From positions 10,699 through 74,698 of the forward strand of contig JBBIRR010000017.1 of NCBI GenBank assembly GCA_037441705.1: DNA of 64,000 nucleotides, read 5' to 3'. Source of the stretch: Ignavibacteriales bacterium. GTDB taxonomy: Bacteria; Bacteroidota; Ignavibacteria; UBA10030; UBA6906. Shown in pieces: positions 29,455 through 37,412 of this stretch. Each line of letters opens with the position of its first letter. Position 1 is the first letter of the stretch. The translations under genes and the position numbers were made by a program. The notes below the pieces were generated by a model. It worked only from the letters and a program-made list of their open reading frames with translations. It was not told the DNA's origin and searched no databases.

Positions 29455-30318
29455 ATGGACGTCCTGCGTCAGATAGACACCAAGAAGCATCGCCTCGCAC
29501 TCTTTGTCGTTCCGGTTCTCTGGTTATTTGCTGCGGGCTGCGGCTCAACAGAAGTAGCGACGGGGCTCAGCGTGGAGGAACGATTTCAGCGCGCGAAGGT
29601 GCTGTTCGAGAACGGAGATTATCTTGAGGCGATTCAGGAATTCAACATTATCACGCTGCAGCATCCCGGCAGTGCATTAGCCGGAGAGGCGCAGTTCTAC
29701 ATCGCCGAGGCACGTTTCAAGCGGAAGGAGTATTTGCTCGCGTCGTATGAGTACCAAACCTTGCGGCGCAACATGCCCGCGAGTCCACGCGTGCCCGAAG
29801 CCATGTACAAGCTCGGGTTGTGCTACTACCATCTGTCGCCGAAATCACGGCTCGATCAGCAGTACACAAAACGCGCGATCGATGAGCTGCAGGCGTTTGT
29901 TGAGTACTACCCGAACAGTGAATTCGTGGCCGATGCCGCTGAAAAGATCAAGGAACTGAACAACCGTTTGGCCAAAAAGGATTTCGACACGGCGGAGCTG
30001 TATGCCAAGATGGACTACTATAAGGCGGCGCTCTTCTACTACGATGCGGTGATCGAGAAATATCACGATACGGAGTACGCGCCGCTTGCCTATCTTGCAA
30101 AGACGGAGCTGCTGATTTCCCGAAAGAAATATGCGGAAGCCAAAAGCGAAATCACCAAGTTCATTGATAAGTATCCCAACAGCGTCCTCCGTGCCCGCGC
30201 CGATGCCTTGAGCCGGCAGATTGACGAAGGGCTGAAGAGTGAACCTGCCGCTCGAGGAAACCCATCCGGCAGCAACAAGACACTCCCCGGTGAAGCAAAC
30301 CTCATCCAATCGAAATGA
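29455..30318 (+). CDS. bamD: Outer membrane protein assembly factor BamD
   Basis: Lipobox FAAG-C, TPRs, LDQQYT-RAI-ELQ-F--YYPNS, LAKK-F--A-LY and YKAA--YY patterns. Confidence 0.9.
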   Translation: MDVLRQIDTKKHRLALFVVPVLWLFAAGCGSTEVATGLSVEERFQRAKVLFENGDYLEAIQEFNIITLQHPGSALAGEAQFYIAEARFKRKEYLLASYEYQTLRRNMPASPRVPEAMYKLGLCYYHLSPKSRLDQQYTKRAIDELQAFVEYYPNSEFVADAAEKIKELNNRLAKKDFDTAELYAKMDYYKAALFYYDAVIEKYHDTEYAPLAYLAKTELLISRKKYAEAKSEITKFIDKYPNSVLRARADALSRQIDEGLKSEPAARGNPSGSNKTLPGEANLIQSK

Positions 30319-30791
30319 TGGAGCCGCGACGCGTTCGGGATTCACAAGTCTACACGACGGAGCTGGTTTTGCCCAACGATACCAATCAGTTGGGCAATTT
30401 GCTGGGCGGCCGGCTGATGCATTGGATTGACATCACCGCTGCGATTGCGGCGTACCGCCACTCGGGCCGCGTGTGTGTCACTGCCTCCGTGGATGAACTG
30501 AACTTCCACGATCCGATTCGGTTGGGTGAGATCGTCGTGCTTCAAGCATCGGTCAATCGAGCGTTTACGACGTCGATGGAGGTGGGTGTGCTGGTAACGG
30601 CGCACAATACCCGCAGAGGCGGCGAGCCGCGTCGGGCAAACAATGCGTACCTCACCTTTGTAGCAATTGATGAAGCCGGGAAGCCCGTTCCGGTTCCTCC
30701 CATCCTTCCCGAAACCGACGAAGAGAAACGGCGTTACGAAGAAGCACTCGTGCGAAGACAGCTCCGTCTGGCGCACAGGCAAAAAGGGTAG
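30315..30791 (+). CDS. Acyl-CoA thioesterase (hotdog fold, YciA-like)
   Basis: VLPNDTN-LGNL-GG-LM-WID, VTASVD, SMEVGV, TFVAID-GKP. Confidence 0.92.
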   Translation: MMEPRRVRDSQVYTTELVLPNDTNQLGNLLGGRLMHWIDITAAIAAYRHSGRVCVTASVDELNFHDPIRLGEIVVLQASVNRAFTTSMEVGVLVTAHNTRRGGEPRRANNAYLTFVAIDEAGKPVPVPPILPETDEEKRRYEEALVRRQLRLAHRQKG

Positions 30792-30797
30792 GCTCAG

Positions 30798-33029
30798 GTG
30801 CGCAGTCCAATCAACATCGAGTCTGCCGAACAGCTTCTCTCTTTCACGCGCAGGCAGTTTGCGCTGAGTTTGTTTTATGTACAGCTTCTCTGTTCGCCGA
30901 GCGTGTTTGCGCAGCGCACGCACACGGGTTTTGGATTCTTTTCCGATCGTCAACTCGATTTCCGCCCTAACGGTTTCGGGCTTGGTCCCCCCGAGTCGGG
31001 AACGACGGAGGTTGCGGTGGCAGCGGCCGACCGGCCGGCGATTCATCTGTTTGAAGTGGGCGGGCCACAACGCATCAGGCATATCTCCACGATCTCCTCT
31101 GCCACCCGCTTTCGGTACGTCGCGGCTGTAGACGTGAATCGGAATAAACGAACTGACTATGTTGCTCTTGCGGAGGACGGATGGTCGCTTTCCGTGTTCA
31201 CGCGATCGGCAAAAGGTGCGTGGAAGGAATCGACAATCCCGCTGGCTGCTCCCGCGGAGCGATTGGTGATCGCCGATCTCAACAACGATCGCCGGAGCGA
31301 CATCCTGCTGTTCGGGCGTGCTGCCGGCGGTGTCTCGACGCTTCTCGGACGAGCGTCGGGAACGTTGAAAGCAGGCCCTATTCTGTTCCCCGAGATTTCG
31401 ATCAGCGATCTCACCATCACCGATATCAATGGCGACGGTGTTCCAGATCTTCTGCTGCTCAACTGGCTTTCGAGTCAACTCACCGTTTACTATGGCATCA
31501 GCCACATGGTGTATACCGAGCAGGTTGCAGTTCAACTCGACGCCGACCCTGCTGAACTTGCCATTACGCCGGTGAGTGAGGAGCGGACATTTCTTCTTGC
31601 AATTACCTGTCCTGAGCAACAAAAGGTTGTTGTGTATTCCGGCAACGCGCTCGGCGACTATCGTCTCACGGCGACGCTTCCGATCGGCGGGAAGCCGCGC
31701 GGGATTCAGTTTGCCGACGTTGATGCCGATGGCGAGGCCGATCTCGTCACAGGCTCACCTCTTGGGATTCTTGTCTCCTTCGGTACGCCCGCCGCGTTCA
31801 GCAAGCCGATCGTCTTCGGCAGCGCACGATCGGTCGCCATGTGGCGTGTAGCAGACGTGGACCGTGATGGGAAGGAGGATTGTGTGTTTGTTGACAGCAG
31901 CGCGCAACGTTTTGCAGTCCTGGTGAATGCCGAAAGCGACGGCAAACTTGCCCGTTCGATCGGGTCCGAGCCCACGGTTGAGTATGCTGTCGGCGCATCA
32001 CCGCACGGGCTCGTGGCGGCAGACCTGAACGGCGATGGAAGAAATGACGTGGCTGTAGCGAACGCGGAATCGTCGTCGCTTTCCCTGTTGCTGAACAAAG
32101 GACGCGGCAGACTTTCCGGTCAGATCGCTGTGCCAGTAAGTGAAAGGCCCTACCATCTCCGATTTGTTTTATCAGGAAAAGGGGAAAAGACACTTGTGGC
32201 TTCGCATCTTCGTGACGACCTCGTCAGCGTCGCCGTGCTGGGCAACGAACCGGAAGAATGGGCGCCGCTGTCCGTCCCGACGGGGCATGAACCGTTTGTC
32301 GTTCACGCAGCCGAGGACTCTGCCCGTTTGAAGTTTATCATTCGCTACAGGGCGCAGCGCAATCATGCATACCTCTTTTCACTCTTTGAGCAAGTGGCAC
32401 AAGGGACGTTCATCGAACAGACGCTGCGCGCGACATCGCCAACGCCGATTTATGCACTTACGGTTGGTCCGGGCGGCAACATCGGCTCCTACGATTTCGT
32501 GTACGCAACCCATAACAGGAGCACCAGGCAAACGATGCTATGGCATACGATGTCATCGGCAGGCATCAATTTCCCTCCGCCGACCGAGTTGTTTTCGTTC
32601 GCCGATTCGACTGCGAGCACGCGCATGGTTTTGCACAACTATGTGAATGATGATGCACGCAAGGATGTTGTCGTGGTTCTGGGTCCTCCCGAGAACAGAC
32701 TGGGTATCTGGTACAATACGCCGGACGCAGGCGAATCTCTTGAATGGATTCGCAACGTGCAGCCGGTGGATGAGGATGCGATTGTGATTAAGGACGCCAA
32801 CGGAGATGAGCAAGCGGATCTCATATGGATTGACGAGATACGCAAAGCGGTTCTTGTCCTCGACGGGTCGGAACGCCCGGGGCTGCGCCGGCCGGTTGAG
32901 CTTGTCCCGGCCGAAGGCGCTCGATCGCTGCGCGTGGCCAGTATGCGTGAGGTGGGTGTGAATGACTTGATTCTTTCGTATCCCGAGCGAGGAACCGTCT
33001 CCGTCATCATGAATCCGTTCCGACGATAG
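30798..33029 (+). CDS. FG-GAP/VCBS repeat protein
   Basis: Repeated D-x-N/D-x-D-G-x-x-D Ca-binding motifs (DLNNDRRSD, DINGDGVPD, DVDADGEAD, DLNGDGRND); signal-like N-terminus. Confidence 0.85.
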   Translation: MRSPINIESAEQLLSFTRRQFALSLFYVQLLCSPSVFAQRTHTGFGFFSDRQLDFRPNGFGLGPPESGTTEVAVAAADRPAIHLFEVGGPQRIRHISTISSATRFRYVAAVDVNRNKRTDYVALAEDGWSLSVFTRSAKGAWKESTIPLAAPAERLVIADLNNDRRSDILLFGRAAGGVSTLLGRASGTLKAGPILFPEISISDLTITDINGDGVPDLLLLNWLSSQLTVYYGISHMVYTEQVAVQLDADPAELAITPVSEERTFLLAITCPEQQKVVVYSGNALGDYRLTATLPIGGKPRGIQFADVDADGEADLVTGSPLGILVSFGTPAAFSKPIVFGSARSVAMWRVADVDRDGKEDCVFVDSSAQRFAVLVNAESDGKLARSIGSEPTVEYAVGASPHGLVAADLNGDGRNDVAVANAESSSLSLLLNKGRGRLSGQIAVPVSERPYHLRFVLSGKGEKTLVASHLRDDLVSVAVLGNEPEEWAPLSVPTGHEPFVVHAAEDSARLKFIIRYRAQRNHAYLFSLFEQVAQGTFIEQTLRATSPTPIYALTVGPGGNIGSYDFVYATHNRSTRQTMLWHTMSSAGINFPPPTELFSFADSTASTRMVLHNYVNDDARKDVVVVLGPPENRLGIWYNTPDAGESLEWIRNVQPVDEDAIVIKDANGDEQADLIWIDEIRKAVLVLDGSERPGLRRPVELVPAEGARSLRVASMREVGVNDLILSYPERGTVSVIMNPFRR

Positions 33030-33038
33030 GAGAACGAC

Positions 33039-34745
33039 ATGGGCGTGAAGCACATAGTGTTTCTGCTGCTCGCGTACGCTCTCGGTGCGCTGCCGGCGCT
33101 TGGACAGTTGCGCAATGCCTATCGGGCCGGTGTCTCATCGGCGGCAGATGCGCATCACGCACTCACGCGATTCTGGCTCGGCGAATCGGCCGACGATGTG
33201 CAGAACAAATGCAGCTTCCCGGCAGTAACGCATGCGCTTCGCCACCGCCATGAACTGGACGGCCCAACGATCTCAGCGCTCCAGCGTGTGCTATCGCGTC
33301 CGGTGACGGAGAAGAGCGTACGTTCGGGCATGTTTCGCATTCACTACGATACGACCGGAGTACACGCCCCGGCCATGCTGGATTCTCAGTATTTCAGAAT
33401 ACCGGGCACGGCAGACCAATTCGCTGATTCGGTTGCGGCAATCCTCGCGTACGTGATACGAATCGAAACTGACTCGATGGGATATCTCCCGCCACCTCCC
33501 GACAATGGTGAGGGCGGAGGCACCGAGTACGACATCTACCTTCAGGAGCTTGGCGGCTCGTCATACGGCAGTACAACTCCCGAAACGCCGATCATCAGCA
33601 AGCCGGAAGGAGGGACGTTCACCTCCTTCATGATCATTGACAACGACTTTGACTTCGTCTATCCTCAGCACAACAGGGGCATGCCCGCCTTGCGTGTTAC
33701 GATCGCGCATGAGCTGCACCATGCTATTCAGATCGGCAACTACGGATACTGGCAAGGGGACATCCACTTCTACGAAATGACCTCTGTGTGGCTCGAGGAC
33801 GCACTCTACACCGACGTCAATGATTACTACCAGTACTTGCTCGGCTCATCGATGAATCCGGGTCATTTCCGGCGTCCGGACATCACATTTACCTCGAATG
33901 CGTTCATCATGTACAGCAGAGGGGTGTGGTGCATTTTCCTGGCAAAGCGATATGGGCGGGACGTAATTCGTGCGACCTGGGAGCAAATCCGGAATGCTCG
34001 TCCGCTCACAGCCATGGACGAGGCACTTGCCCAGGAGCCCTACAACTCGAGCCTTCGCAGCGCCTTTGCCGAATGGGGCGCGTGGAATTACTTCACAAGA
34101 ACGCGAAGCGATTCCGTTCTGTACTACCCCGAGGGGAGCGCCTACCCTGACGTTACCCGTTCTGCACGAGACTTCTCACCTCCTCAACGGACGATCGACG
34201 ATCAGGTGAGCGCCTTCGGCTCTCGGTACTACGATATTGTGTCAACGCGCGGGCAAACACTCGCGCTGGTCCTCACCAACCTGAATATGCCTGCAGCGCT
34301 TGCGCGGAACGATTCTCCATTTTCGTTTTCTTTACTGCTGAACGAAATGCGCCCCGATGAATCGTATGTTCCGACGGCAGCCAACATTTTCGTGAAGGTG
34401 AGTGTAAGCGATCCGACCAACTGGTTCGTGAAGGATCTGTCCGGTTTTTCCGCCGTCGAAAGTGTCTTTCCGAACCCATTTCTTGTTGATGGTAAAGGAT
34501 TCATCAATTTTCCTGTCGCTGCACTCTCACCGGTGGCCGGAACGCTCTCCATCTATACGTCGAGTTTTGATCTGGCGTACTCAGGCAAGCAGACATCCGT
34601 GTATATGCCGCAGCTTGGCAGGCACGTGTTTCGGTGGAACGGAAAGACGTTAGACAATCGTACGGCGAATTCGGGCGTGTACATCTACGTTCTCGAAACC
34701 CCGACACAAACTCTCAAAGGCAAATTTGTTGTGGTGAAACGATGA
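33039..34745 (+). CDS. Secreted zinc metalloprotease (MXAN_6640-like) with T9SS-type C-terminal domain
   Basis: Signal peptide, FRIHY, TIAHELHHAIQ (HExxH), downstream EMTSVWLE; CTD VFPNPF...WNG...SGVYIY...KFVVVKR. Confidence 0.82.
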   Translation: MGVKHIVFLLLAYALGALPALGQLRNAYRAGVSSAADAHHALTRFWLGESADDVQNKCSFPAVTHALRHRHELDGPTISALQRVLSRPVTEKSVRSGMFRIHYDTTGVHAPAMLDSQYFRIPGTADQFADSVAAILAYVIRIETDSMGYLPPPPDNGEGGGTEYDIYLQELGGSSYGSTTPETPIISKPEGGTFTSFMIIDNDFDFVYPQHNRGMPALRVTIAHELHHAIQIGNYGYWQGDIHFYEMTSVWLEDALYTDVNDYYQYLLGSSMNPGHFRRPDITFTSNAFIMYSRGVWCIFLAKRYGRDVIRATWEQIRNARPLTAMDEALAQEPYNSSLRSAFAEWGAWNYFTRTRSDSVLYYPEGSAYPDVTRSARDFSPPQRTIDDQVSAFGSRYYDIVSTRGQTLALVLTNLNMPAALARNDSPFSFSLLLNEMRPDESYVPTAANIFVKVSVSDPTNWFVKDLSGFSAVESVFPNPFLVDGKGFINFPVAALSPVAGTLSIYTSSFDLAYSGKQTSVYMPQLGRHVFRWNGKTLDNRTANSGVYIYVLETPTQTLKGKFVVVKR

Positions 34746-35365
34746 GCCTGCTTCTGGAGGCACACGGGCTGAAGAAAGTTTTCAACCGCCGGGTCATCTT
34801 TCAGAACATCTCGTTCACCATACAGGAACGCCAGACGCTACTGGTCACAGGGCGCAACGGTTCCGGCAAGTCCACATTGGTGAAGATTCTCGGTGATGTA
34901 CTTTCGCCGACGGAGGGGACGGTCGTACTCAAGCAGGCGTCCGATGCGAATGTGGGTAAACGTGTGGATTGGATCGGCCTGGTCTCCCCGTACTTGCAGT
35001 TGTACGATGAATTTTCCGCCGAGGAGAATCTGCAGCTTGCCTGTGCCATGCGCGGACTCCGTTGGCATGCTGACGACATTCACGCGCTGCTGAAGAAAGT
35101 GTTTTTGTACGAGAGGCGAAACGATGCCGTCCGTACATTTTCTTCGGGCATGAAGCAGCGAATGAAATATGCCTTTGCCCTCGTGCACCGTCCTCCGATT
35201 CTCATCCTTGATGAACCGACATCGAATCTGGACACGGAAGGAATTCAGATGGTGAAGGACATCATGCGTGAGCACCAGGAGCAGGGGATTCTTATCGTCG
35301 CGACGAACGATCTGACCGACGTCGAAAGATATGACCTTCAGGTGGATCTTGATGCCCCGCACTGA
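34742..35365 (+). CDS. ccmA: Heme exporter ABC ATPase CcmA
   Basis: GRNGSGKST, FSSGMKQR, ILDEP; ATGA overlap with the upstream gene; heads the ccm cluster. Confidence 0.88.
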   Translation: MSLLLEAHGLKKVFNRRVIFQNISFTIQERQTLLVTGRNGSGKSTLVKILGDVLSPTEGTVVLKQASDANVGKRVDWIGLVSPYLQLYDEFSAEENLQLACAMRGLRWHADDIHALLKKVFLYERRNDAVRTFSSGMKQRMKYAFALVHRPPILILDEPTSNLDTEGIQMVKDIMREHQEQGILIVATNDLTDVERYDLQVDLDAPH

Positions 35366-36047
35366 CTCACCGACGCGCCGCTGGATACGTTCTGCCGTCA
35401 GCATCTTCAAGAAGGATTGGCACTCGGAGCTGCGTACGCGCTACGCCATCAGCGCGCTCGTCATGTTTGTTGTCACGACGATCTCGATCATGGTCTTTGC
35501 GCTCGGCAGCGAAAGCGCGCCGGCCGATGTTCTCTCCGGCATGCTCTGGGTCGTCATCTTCTTTGCGGCTATGTCGGGACTTTCGCGAACGTTCGTGACC
35601 GAGGAAGAGCGCGGCACGGCAATGACGTTGCAGCTTCTCGCCACCCCGGGCGCAGTCTTCTGCGGGAAGCTTCTGTTCAACCTTGTTCTGGTCGTGGGGG
35701 TGAATGCCTTCACGGTTCTCCTCTACACGGTCTTCCTCAGTGGCTTCGTCATCAAAACGTTCAGCATCTTCTTCTTTACGATTCTCTTAGGAAGCATCGG
35801 CCTTGCGGCCTCTTCGACGATTATCGCGGGAATCATCGCCAAAGCTAACACGAAAGGGACGCTCTACCCCGTCCTCTCGTTTCCTATTCTCCTGCCCCTG
35901 CTACTGACGTGCATCAACGGCACGCGGCTGGCAGCGGAAGGCGCGTTCATCGAGGAGGCCGTTGGTGAATTTCAATTCTTAGTTTCATATATTGTCGTCG
36001 TTATTACGGCATCGACTGTGCTGTTCGAGTACATCTGGAAGGATTAG
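35352..36047 (+). CDS. ccmB: Heme exporter permease CcmB
   Basis: KKDW-SELR, LW, F--EEERGT---L, GKL and L-PVL-FP-LLP motifs; multiple TM helices. Confidence 0.9.
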   Translation: MPRTDSPTRRWIRSAVSIFKKDWHSELRTRYAISALVMFVVTTISIMVFALGSESAPADVLSGMLWVVIFFAAMSGLSRTFVTEEERGTAMTLQLLATPGAVFCGKLLFNLVLVVGVNAFTVLLYTVFLSGFVIKTFSIFFFTILLGSIGLAASSTIIAGIIAKANTKGTLYPVLSFPILLPLLLTCINGTRLAAEGAFIEEAVGEFQFLVSYIVVVITASTVLFEYIWKD

Positions 36048-36048
36048 G

Positions 36049-36723
36049 ATGTTCAAAGCGTTGTTGTTTGCGTGGATGACGGCGGTGATTGTGCTTGCCT
36101 TAGGTTTGCCGATGGTGGCGCAACCGCAGGTATGGTATCAGTTTCCGACGATCCCGGCGCTGGAGGAAAAAGCGCGCATCATGTTCTTCCACGTTCCCAC
36201 CGCGTGGCTGAGCACGCTGGCGTTCATCATGAGCATGGTCTATGGCATTCAGTATCTCCGGAAAAAGAATCTCGAGGACGACATCAAGTCCGCTGCGGCA
36301 GCAGGTCTCGGGTTCCTGTTTTGCTTTCTTGCCACCGCAACCGGTGCAATCTGGGCGAAGTTTAGCTGGGGCACGTACTGGAATTGGGACCCGCGCCAAA
36401 CATCCATCTTCGTCCTGCTCCTGATCTACGGCGCGTACTTTGCGCTGCGTTCTGCAGTCGAGGTAGAAGAGAAGCGGGCGACGCTCGCTGCAGTGTATTC
36501 CATCATCGCCGCGGTCACCATGCCGTTCTTCATGTTCATCATGCCGCGCATTCTTGCAAGCCTGCATCCCGAACCGATCCTGAATACCGAAGGAAAACTG
36601 CATATGAACACGACGATGCTCGTAGTGTTTCTCAGCTCGCTTGCAGGCTTTACGGGACTGTACTACTGGATGTGGAAACTCCAGGTCAAAGCCAACATCC
36701 TGGAACTCAACCGCCATAGCTAA
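36049..36723 (+). CDS. ccmC: Heme chaperone CcmC
   Basis: FFHVP-AW, WWD domain TGAIWAKFSWGTYWNWDPRQ, second His in SLHP. Confidence 0.92.
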   Translation: MFKALLFAWMTAVIVLALGLPMVAQPQVWYQFPTIPALEEKARIMFFHVPTAWLSTLAFIMSMVYGIQYLRKKNLEDDIKSAAAAGLGFLFCFLATATGAIWAKFSWGTYWNWDPRQTSIFVLLLIYGAYFALRSAVEVEEKRATLAAVYSIIAAVTMPFFMFIMPRILASLHPEPILNTEGKLHMNTTMLVVFLSSLAGFTGLYYWMWKLQVKANILELNRHS

Positions 36724-36732
36724 GGAGTGAAG

Positions 36733-36867
36733 GTGACAGAATTTCTTTCGCAAAACTCGCTGTACATTGTGCTGTTTGTTGTCCTCGTCGTTTGGGTCGG
36801 CGTGTTTGCCTATTTGAATCGGATTGACAGCAAGATCAAGAAATGGGAGAATTCATCGAAGCATTGA
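36733..36867 (+). CDS. ccmD: CcmD-family small membrane protein (44 aa; not in the ORF track)
   Basis: GTG after AAGGAG; MTEFLSQNSLYIVLFVVLVVWVGVFAYLNRIDSKIKKWENSSKH = one TM plus a charged tail; lies between ccmC and ccmE. Confidence 0.85.
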   Translation: MTEFLSQNSLYIVLFVVLVVWVGVFAYLNRIDSKIKKWENSSKH

Positions 36868-36877
36868 GGGAGGGACT

Positions 36878-37273
36878 ATGAAACCAAAAGTTATTATCGC
36901 TGCAGTGATCGTCATTGGCTTCATCATCTTTGGGTCGTATTCGTTCCTGGAGAGTAACGTCGAGTACACCGACGTAACGGGCGCGATGAAAACCCACAAG
37001 AAGGTTCAACTCAAGGGGGAGTGGGTGAAAGAGAAGGAATCGTCCTTCGATCCCAAAACGTCAACCTTCACGTTCTACCTGAAAGATGAATCGGGTCGTG
37101 AGTGCAAAGTGGTATTGGACGGCGCGGCGCCGAATAACTTCGAGTTAGCGACCAGTATTGTCGCCAAGGGGCGTTATGTTCCGGAGCAGGGATACTTCCA
37201 CGCTACTGAAGTTTTGACGAAGTGCCCCTCGAAGTACGAGGCGCAGTCAGAAGAAGTGAAGAAGAGCACATAA
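36878..37273 (+). CDS. ccmE: Cytochrome c maturation protein CcmE, Cys variant (System I*)
   Basis: N-terminal TM, P-NF, LTKCPSKY (CxxxY in place of HxxxY); GGAGG RBS. Confidence 0.92.
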   Translation: MKPKVIIAAVIVIGFIIFGSYSFLESNVEYTDVTGAMKTHKKVQLKGEWVKEKESSFDPKTSTFTFYLKDESGRECKVVLDGAAPNNFELATSIVAKGRYVPEQGYFHATEVLTKCPSKYEAQSEEVKKST

Positions 37274-37412
37274 GTAGCGAATCGCTGCTCATCTCCTGTC
37301 AAGAAGGGAAAGGAGAAGCAGTATTGTCTGACTGAGGTTGAGTGCAATCGTCTTTTTTCACAACCCGTTTGAGTTGTTCGGTCTGTTCTTTTCATAACTG
37401 TTAAGGTGTCTC

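Noticed and set aside
31130-32830. Recurring GAxxTxAAxGGxGAxGG-like nucleotide repeats as a possible array
   Set aside because: These are codons for FG-GAP/VCBS calcium-binding motifs within a protein, with irregular spacing; not a CRISPR or DNA repeat.
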